This document shows, piece by piece, positions 7,646 to 13,426 of a stretch of 17,489 bases of DNA. A program made the position numbers and the translations under genes. The notes under the pieces were generated by a model. It worked only from the letters and a program-made list of their open reading frames with translations. It was not told the DNA's origin and searched no databases. The stretch's first letter is position 1. The number at the start of each line of letters is the position of its first letter. Origin of the DNA: Chthoniobacteraceae bacterium (GTDB lineage: Bacteria; Verrucomicrobiota; Verrucomicrobiia; Chthoniobacterales; Chthoniobacteraceae); NCBI GenBank assembly GCA_031409655.1, contig JANNXQ010000010.1, forward strand, positions 1-17,489, written 5' to 3'.

Positions 7646-9145
7646 TTACAGATACCCCACAGCATGCAGCCGCCGGGTGAGGTCCGTCTGGCGGGTGAGC
7701 AGGTCGGCGTAGAGTTCCTTGTGGTCGGCGTTGGGTTTGGCGCGGGTGGTTTCGTCGAGGACGACGATCCTCGCGCAGAGTTCGCGGAAGGTCGTTTGTT
7801 TGCCTTCGGCGATGAGGCAGGCGTAGCCGGCTTGGATGGCGGAGCCGAGCGCGGCACCCTCGGCGGATTCGAGGCAGATGGTGGGCACGCCGAAAATATC
7901 CGCGGCGATCTGGCGCCAGACGGCGCTTTTGCTGCCGCCGCCAGTCAGGCGGATTTCCGTGGGCTGGATGCCGAGTTCACGGAAGCGCCCGAGGCCGTAA
8001 GCGAGGCCGAGGGTCACGCCTTCCATGGTCGCGCGGGCGAACTGCGGCGGTGCCATATTCTCCGCCGTGAAACCGTGGAAGACGCCCGTGCCGCCCGGCA
8101 GATTCGGGGTCCGCTCGCCATTCAGATACGGGAGGAAAAGGAGGCCGCCCGCGCCGGCGGGGCTGGCGTTGACGTTGTTTTCGAGCTGCTCGTGCGACCA
8201 GCCAAACATCTTCCGCGCGGCTTCCGTGGCCACGGTCACATTCATGGTGCAGACCAGCGGCAGCCAGCGATCGGTGCTGTCGCAAAACGATGCGACCTCG
8301 CCCAGCGGATCGATGACTGGCTTATCCGAAAAGGCGTAGAGCGTCCCGCTCGTCCCGAGGCTCACCGTGACATTCCCGAGTTGCACATTCCCGGTGCCGA
8401 TCGCACCCATCATATTGTCGCCGCCGCCCGCGCTGATCACCGGGCTCTTCGCCAGCCCCCAGGCCTCGCGCAGGCTGTCGCGGAGCAAGCCCATCGCGCG
8501 GCGCGAACTGGCCACCGGCGGCAGACGATCGGCCAGTTTCGGGTCGATGAACTCGATCAGCGGCTCGCACCATTTCTTTTCCCGCACGTCCAGCAGCCCG
8601 GTGCCGGAGGCGTCGCCGTACTCCATGCCGCGATCGCCGGTGAGGTGAAAATTGAGGTAGTCGTGCGGCAGGAGCACGGTGGCCAGGGCCTTGTAGTTCT
8701 TCGGCTCATTTTGCTTCAGCCAGAGGATCTTCGGCGCGGTGAAGCCAGGTGGCATCGCGTTGCCGGTGAGCTTGATGAGTTCGGCGGTCCCGCCAAATTC
8801 CTCCTCGATCTGTCGGCACTGCTCGGTGGTCGAAGTGTCGCACCAGAGCTTCGCCGGGCGGATGACTTTCCCCTTTTTATCCAGCGGCACGAACCCGTGC
8901 TGCTGCCCACTCACGCCGATCGCTTTCACGTCGTCTTTGCGCGGGCCGAGTTGCTCGAGCACGGCCTTCACGGTGGCGTCCACGGCATCCGCCCAGACCT
9001 GCGGATCCTGCTCCAGGTGGCCCGCGGGCAGCCCCTCGATGAGCCCGTAAGGCTGCGCCGCGGAGGCGATGATCTTCCCCGATTCGAGATCGAGGGCGAT
9101 GGTCTTGGTGCTTTGCGTGCCGCTATCGATGCCGAGGCAGATCAT
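7646..9145 (-). CDS. xylB: Xylulokinase (FGGY family)
   Basis: GIDSGTQSTK, GVSGQQHG, LWCD, FTAPK, DASGTG, GGGDN, SLGTSGT, LPYLNGERTP, GGGSKS. Confidence 0.93.
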   Translation of the reverse strand: MICLGIDSGTQSTKTIALDLESGKIIASAAQPYGLIEGLPAGHLEQDPQVWADAVDATVKAVLEQLGPRKDDVKAIGVSGQQHGFVPLDKKGKVIRPAKLWCDTSTTEQCRQIEEEFGGTAELIKLTGNAMPPGFTAPKILWLKQNEPKNYKALATVLLPHDYLNFHLTGDRGMEYGDASGTGLLDVREKKWCEPLIEFIDPKLADRLPPVASSRRAMGLLRDSLREAWGLAKSPVISAGGGDNMMGAIGTGNVQLGNVTVSLGTSGTLYAFSDKPVIDPLGEVASFCDSTDRWLPLVCTMNVTVATEAARKMFGWSHEQLENNVNASPAGAGGLLFLPYLNGERTPNLPGGTGVFHGFTAENMAPPQFARATMEGVTLGLAYGLGRFRELGIQPTEIRLTGGGSKSAVWRQIAADIFGVPTICLESAEGAALGSAIQAGYACLIAEGKQTTFRELCARIVVLDETTRAKPNADHKELYADLLTRQTDLTRRLHAVGYL

Positions 9146-9149
9146 GGGG

Positions 9150-9248
9150 ATTTCAGATGGCAGATTTCAGATGGAAGATTGAATGCGCTCGCAACCTATC
9201 GGACGCGGAGGCTAAATCTGAAACCTGAAATCTGAAATCTGAAAATCC
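9150..9248. repeat. Inverted pair of heptamer tandem arrays (unit AAATCTG / ATTTCAG)
   Basis: Left arm atttcag atggcag atttcag atggaag (9150-9177). Right arm aaatctg aaacctg aaatctg aaatctg (9214-9241). Confidence 0.88.
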
Positions 9249-9252
9249 GCCC

Positions 9253-9633
9253 ATGATCCGACGTCTCCTCCACACCCGCTACCGCGTCTCTGATCTGGAA
9301 AAGACCGCGTCCTTCTACCGCGACGTCCTCGGTCTCCAGGAGACGCGTCGGCACACCTCGCCGCGCGGGTCCGAGCTGGTCTTTTTTAAGGCGCCCGGCG
9401 GCGAGGAGGAGATCGAGATCTGCAAATTCGACGGCAGCGGCCCCGTGCAGGTGGGGCACGACATCACGCATCTGGCCTTTGAAGTGGACGACATCGAGAC
9501 CTTTGCCCAGCACTCCGCCGCCAAAGGCTACCCGCTCTCCGACGGCCCCACCGCCACGAGCAGCGGCAGCGTCATCGCATTCATCGATGCCCCGGAGGGT
9601 TACGAGATCGAGCTGATTCAGAAAGCGCGCTGA
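9253..9633 (+). CDS. VOC/glyoxalase I family protein (lactoylglutathione lyase-like)
   Basis: LLHTRYRVSDLEKTASFYRDVLGL, HLAFEVDD, FIDAPEGYEIELIQ. Confidence 0.9.
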   Translation: MIRRLLHTRYRVSDLEKTASFYRDVLGLQETRRHTSPRGSELVFFKAPGGEEEIEICKFDGSGPVQVGHDITHLAFEVDDIETFAQHSAAKGYPLSDGPTATSSGSVIAFIDAPEGYEIELIQKAR

Positions 9634-9655
9634 GAGCTCCGAGCTTTCCTCCCCC

Positions 9656-9937
9656 ATGGACTTTGACTGGCTCGACGCTCCTTTTGATCTGCGCAAGATC
9701 AGCCCCAAGGAGATCGAGGAATCCTTTGAGGATCCCTTCAGCCTGCGCCTGCTCCCCGAGGGGATCGAAGACGACACCGCCGCCCGCTATTTCAACCTCG
9801 GTAAATCCGTGGGCGAGCGCGCGATTTTCACGATCTTCTGGACGGATGGGAAACGCTACCGCGCCATCTTCGCCCGCGATATGACGCCCGAGGAAGTGAC
9901 TTTCTACGAGCGCAAGAACTCGGAAATGGGATTTTAG
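9656..9937 (+). CDS. BrnT-family toxin (type II toxin-antitoxin system)
   Basis: 93 aa; MDFDW, FEDP, RYFNLG, RAIFARDMTxxExxFY. It lies upstream of an RHH-type antitoxin. Confidence 0.8.
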   Translation: MDFDWLDAPFDLRKISPKEIEESFEDPFSLRLLPEGIEDDTAARYFNLGKSVGERAIFTIFWTDGKRYRAIFARDMTPEEVTFYERKNSEMGF

Positions 9938-9940
9938 CGA

Positions 9941-10037
9941 AAAGATCAACGACCAATGACAAAGGCCAACACGAGGAAGCTTCCAGTGAGCAATTGGGCA
10001 ACGGGCCGTGGTCATTGGTCATTGGTCATCGGTCATT
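9941..10037. repeat. Inverted pair of heptamer tandem arrays (unit GGTCATT / AATGACC)
   Basis: Left arm aaagatc aacgacc aatgaca aaggcca (9941-9968, degenerate). Right arm ggtcatt ggtcatt ggtcatc ggtcatt (10010-10037). Confidence 0.82.
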
Positions 10038-10050
10038 TCCCCTGCCACCC

Positions 10051-10314
10051 ATGAGAGTCATCACCACTTGGTCCGAAGTTCCGCATTTCGAAACGGAGGA
10101 AGACGAGGCCGCTTTCTGGGCGGAGACGCGGATCGATGCGCGGCTCATGAATTCCTCGCTGCTCAAGGCCGACACCCGGGAATCGACCACGATCACCCTG
10201 CGGTTTGATCCGCGGCTGCTGGCGCGGATCAAGCGGATCGCCCGCTCGCGCTACCTGAACTACCAGAGCATGATCAAACAGTGGCTGAGCGAGCGTCTGG
10301 AAAAAGAAATATGA
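10051..10314 (+). CDS. CopG/BrnA-type antitoxin
   Basis: VPHFETEEDEAAFW and TITLRFD...IKRIARSRYLNYQSMIKQWLSERL (ribbon-helix-helix). ATG 10051. Confidence 0.85.
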   Translation: MRVITTWSEVPHFETEEDEAAFWAETRIDARLMNSSLLKADTRESTTITLRFDPRLLARIKRIARSRYLNYQSMIKQWLSERLEKEI

Positions 10315-11168
10315 AAAGCATCAATCCTCATTTAATCCGTCCCTTCCTGGCGGCGGTGTTCCTCGTCTGCGGCTTCGTCGGTTGCAAGCGCGCCCCCATC
10401 CCGCCCCCAACCCCCATCCCGCCCCCATCCCCCGTCCTCCGCACGAGCGCGCCGGCCACCGACCCCGAAACGCTTGCGGAGATCGAGGGCGAGTTCCTGC
10501 TCGGGCCCGGCGAGAAACCGGTCTTTTCGGAGACCTTCACCAGAGGCTCCCGTTTTTCCCGCGATCGCATGGTCGTGCAGGACGGCTTTGCCCATGGGGA
10601 GAAGGGGGAAAATTGGCAGCAATTGACGTACTTCTTCGATCGCCCTCTGGATGTCCGCGCCGGTGAGATTGTCATTTATTGGGGTTTCCGCGCGGACCGC
10701 ACCCTGGGAGGGGAGGAGGTTACCAAGCTCTCGATGCACCTGCCTTTCACGGATTTGCCGACGGTGGGTCACCCGGAACCCGCCCACATTTCGTTTATCA
10801 TCCGGCCCGGATCGTGGTCCTGGTTGATCGTGGATCCGGGCTGGCAACTGACGCACCTCGCGGAGATGCGGATGGAGCCGCCGGTGAATCTTTTTCCAAC
10901 CGCTACGACGATCGAGAAATTCCGCGTGGCGGTTCGGTGGCTGGGGGGCGACGACGTGGAAGTCGAGCCTGCCTGTTGGAATGCGGCGACGGGTCAGTGG
11001 CAGAATTTCACCGAACAGTACAAGCCGGGTAATCCTCCCGGGATTCTAAAACTAAGCATCCAGAAACACCTGCTCGGCCACACCGGTTTCCGATCACTCT
11101 TCTTTCAGCCGTTCTCGGAGATCCCGCACCTCGACTCCGTACTAGTGACTTTCCGGCCTGGACCGTAG
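10311..11168 (+). CDS. Hypothetical lipoprotein
   Basis: MKSINPHLIRPFLAAVFLVCGFVG-C lipobox-like signal, Pro-rich linker, beta-rich body. The ATG overlaps the antitoxin stop (ATGA). Confidence 0.72.
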   Translation: MKSINPHLIRPFLAAVFLVCGFVGCKRAPIPPPTPIPPPSPVLRTSAPATDPETLAEIEGEFLLGPGEKPVFSETFTRGSRFSRDRMVVQDGFAHGEKGENWQQLTYFFDRPLDVRAGEIVIYWGFRADRTLGGEEVTKLSMHLPFTDLPTVGHPEPAHISFIIRPGSWSWLIVDPGWQLTHLAEMRMEPPVNLFPTATTIEKFRVAVRWLGGDDVEVEPACWNAATGQWQNFTEQYKPGNPPGILKLSIQKHLLGHTGFRSLFFQPFSEIPHLDSVLVTFRPGP

Positions 11169-11219
11169 TTGGAAAACGGGCACGGAACGCCAGTTCTCTT
11201 TTTGCTTCACACTCTCGGG

Positions 11220-11337
11220 GAAATAGCAGCTCGACTGGCCCTGCCAGAACGGGTCCCCCCGGTCCGTCCCAGCGATCCCCTCCAGTCGAGCTGCTCCCCT
11301 GTTTGAAAGTGTTTTTCCCGTCCGCACTCGCGGACAA
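11220..11337 (-). ncRNA. Candidate sigma54-dependent small RNA, GGA-rich
   Basis: Lies downstream of a -24/-12 element. It has a 5' hairpin gtccgc-gagt-gcggac, eight GGA trinucleotides, and a perfect 14-bp stem (11225-11238 / 11282-11295) followed by attt. No convincing ORF. The boundaries are inferred. Confidence 0.45.
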
Positions 11338-11346
11338 TCACCGTCC

Positions 11347-11363
11347 TAGCAGCGCCAGTGCCA
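11347..11363 (-). promoter_or_regulatory. Putative sigma54 (-24/-12) promoter
   Basis: The minus strand reads TGGCACTGGCGCTGCTA: GG-N10-GC spacing, one mismatch to TGGCAC-N5-TTGCW. Confidence 0.6.
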
Positions 11364-11465
11364 CGCGTGGCACGGCGGGGAAAAAACTTCCGCTTTCAGA
11401 GGAGAAAAATCTTTCGGCACTGCGGAAATGGAAGGGCATCGTCCGGATGCACGGCTCGCCGCGTG

Positions 11466-11478
11466 GTCGATTTTCGAC
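11466..11478. promoter_or_regulatory. Possible enhancer (bEBP upstream activating sequence)
   Basis: Dyad gtcga-ttt-tcgac about 130-140 bp upstream of the inferred sigma54 start site, with A/T tracts in between. Confidence 0.3.
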
Positions 11479-11524
11479 ACGGAGAGCGATACGCCCGCAA
11501 AATCTCGTCACCGGGGCCGCCGCC

Positions 11525-11651
11525 CCTGGGAGCGCCGCCGTCTCGGGCGGTATCCCAAGCCCCGCGCGGCGCGCCATTCTTCGCCCGCTGGGATGAGAGC
11601 AGGCGCTGCGCGCTGGCTGACGATGCCGTCCGAGACGACGGCGCTCCCGGG
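11525..11651. repeat. GGAG-type REP doublet directly after the murQ-fusion stop codon
   Basis: cctgggagcgccgccgtctcgggcggtatc (11525-11554) and gatgccgtccgagacgacggcgctcccggg (11622-11651) are inverted arms matching at 26/30. Each arm contains its own hairpin. Confidence 0.82.
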
Positions 11652-11652
11652 A

Positions 11653-13413
11653 TCACTCCCCGCCGTCGAGGCACGCCCGCACCTTCCATCCCGCCTGTTC
11701 CAGCCGGAGCCGCGCTGCGTCGTAGGGAAGGTGCAGCGCCTCGGCCACGATCCGGGTGCCGCGGTCGCGCAGCTTTTCATTCGAGATGTCCAGATCGATC
11801 ATCACATTCCCGCGCACTTTCCCGAGCCGGATCATCGCGCAGGTCGAAAGGAGATTCAGCGCGACCTTCGTCGCCGTGCCGGCCTTCAGACGCGTCGAGC
11901 CGGTCACGATCTCCGGTCCCGCGGGCAGATCGATCTCCACGTCCCAAGGCCGTGCTGACGGTCGCCGCGCCGGATTGCACGTGAGCAGCACCGTCTGCGC
12001 GCCCAGCTCCCACGCCCGCTCCAGCGCTCCGAGGACGAAGGGCGTGCGCCCGCTCGCCGCGATCCCGCAGACCACATCGTCCGCGCGCACCCCGCGATCC
12101 AGCACCGCCAGCGCGCCCGCCGCTGGCTGATCCTCCGCACCTTCCACCGAGCGATGCAACGCCGTCGCGCCGCCCGCGATGATCCCCTGCACGAGTTCCG
12201 GCGGTGCCCCGAAAGTCGGCGGGATCTCGCTCGCGTCCAGCACCCCGAGCCGCCCACTCGTCCCCGCGCCGACATAGAAAAGCCGCCCGCCTGCCTGCAA
12301 TGCCGCGCTCACCAGATCGACCGCCGCCGCCAGCTGCGTCCGGCACGCGTCGAGCGCCGCCGCGACGGCGCTTTCCTCGCTGATGAAAAGCTCCACGAGT
12401 TCCGCCGTCGTCCGCTTTTCAAGATCCGCCGAACGCGGATTCCGCTGCTCCGTCGCTGCGACCACGAGATCCTCGCAACCCTCGATCTTTTCCATTTCCG
12501 ATTTTCCATCTGCCATCTCCCCGCGCATCGCCAGCCAGGCCGCACCCATCGCTCCCGATACCGTGCAGAGGCTCGCCACTGCACCCGGCAGCAACCGGCT
12601 CAGATGCATGGTGAAAAGGCTCACATACTCCGGGTGATGACCGAAAATCCCACCAAGCAGTTTCACCGGCGCCGCGGGAAATTCGAGCCGCTCCGCCACT
12701 GCCTGCGTGTACTCCGCCAACACCCGCGCCCCGGCATCGATCGTCGCGTGCATCTCGTGTTCGCCGACTTTCGCTCCGCGGAAAATGGCGGGGGCCAGCC
12801 GCGCCACCGACATCTTGTCCGCCTGCATCGCCCAGCCGACCAGATCGTCCAGCCGGTTGAGCGCGAGCGAGCGCAGGATCTCTTCCGTGAGCGGGGTGAT
12901 CTCCCGGCTGAGATCGTAGTGGGTGAGCACCAGCCGCAGCCCTTGCATCGCCAGATCGTAGCCGCCGCCGCGATCCCCGAGGAGTTGCCCCCAGCCGCCC
13001 GCCTTTTCGATATGCGCGCCCTTCCGCCCATGCACCGCCGCACCCGTGCCAGAGATCACCGCGATCCCATCCTCCGCGCCGAATGCCGCCGCCAGCCCCG
13101 AGTCCCGATCGCTCCCGATCGCGAGTCGGGCCTGCGGCCAGGCCTCCGCCGCGAGCCGCCGCAGCCGTGCGCGATCGTCCTCCGTGGCACACCCGGCGAG
13201 GAAGGCGCCGACCTGCGAGACGCCCTGCGGCAGCACCGAGAAAAGTCGCGCGAGCTGCGCGTCGTCGATCAGCCGCAGATTCGACGCGGGCAGCTGGCCG
13301 CGCTCGAGGATCGTCTCCCGCCCGTCCTCGACGGCGAGCAGCAACCAATCCGTCTTGGTGCCACCACCTTCGATTCCGAGGACGCGCTGGGGAATTTGCA
13401 TCACGGCATCCAT
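11653..13413 (-). CDS. murQ: Fusion of a BadF/BcrA-type amino-sugar kinase and N-acetylmuramic acid 6-phosphate etherase
   Basis: N-half GIEGGGTKT, ISGTG, GGWGQLLGDRGGG. C-half TEQRNP, GAGTSGRLGVLDASEIPPTF, EGAED, IAASGRTP, GPEIVTGSTRLKAGTATK, SNEKL. One uninterrupted ORF. Confidence 0.92.
   Translation of the reverse strand: MDAVMQIPQRVLGIEGGGTKTDWLLLAVEDGRETILERGQLPASNLRLIDDAQLARLFSVLPQGVSQVGAFLAGCATEDDRARLRRLAAEAWPQARLAIGSDRDSGLAAAFGAEDGIAVISGTGAAVHGRKGAHIEKAGGWGQLLGDRGGGYDLAMQGLRLVLTHYDLSREITPLTEEILRSLALNRLDDLVGWAMQADKMSVARLAPAIFRGAKVGEHEMHATIDAGARVLAEYTQAVAERLEFPAAPVKLLGGIFGHHPEYVSLFTMHLSRLLPGAVASLCTVSGAMGAAWLAMRGEMADGKSEMEKIEGCEDLVVAATEQRNPRSADLEKRTTAELVELFISEESAVAAALDACRTQLAAAVDLVSAALQAGGRLFYVGAGTSGRLGVLDASEIPPTFGAPPELVQGIIAGGATALHRSVEGAEDQPAAGALAVLDRGVRADDVVCGIAASGRTPFVLGALERAWELGAQTVLLTCNPARRPSARPWDVEIDLPAGPEIVTGSTRLKAGTATKVALNLLSTCAMIRLGKVRGNVMIDLDISNEKLRDRGTRIVAEALHLPYDAARLRLEQAGWKVRACLDGGE
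12488..12516. repeat. Intragenic heptamer array (minus-strand unit ATGGAAA/ATGGCAG) in the kinase-MurQ linker
   Basis: Plus strand ttttcca tttccga ttttcca tctgcca; encodes MADGKSEMEK. Confidence 0.65.
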
Positions 13414-13426
13414 AGCAGGCCGCCCA

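Noticed and set aside
5154..10037. CRISPR interpretation of the short repeats
   Set aside because: Units are 7 bp and contiguous with no unique spacers, and there are no cas genes.
10391..10433. C-rich 18-bp tandem repeat (G-quadruplex-like on the minus strand)
   Set aside because: It is explained by the Pro-rich linker PIPPPTPIPPPSP of the lipoprotein.
11358..11385. Plus-strand sigma54 promoter from the palindrome gtgccacgcgtggcac
   Set aside because: TGGCAC is present but there is no GC at the -12 position (TGGCACGGCGGGGAAA).
11338..11689. Short ORFs in the 11169-11652 intergenic region
   Set aside because: They are low-complexity translations of hairpins and REP arms with no coding signal.
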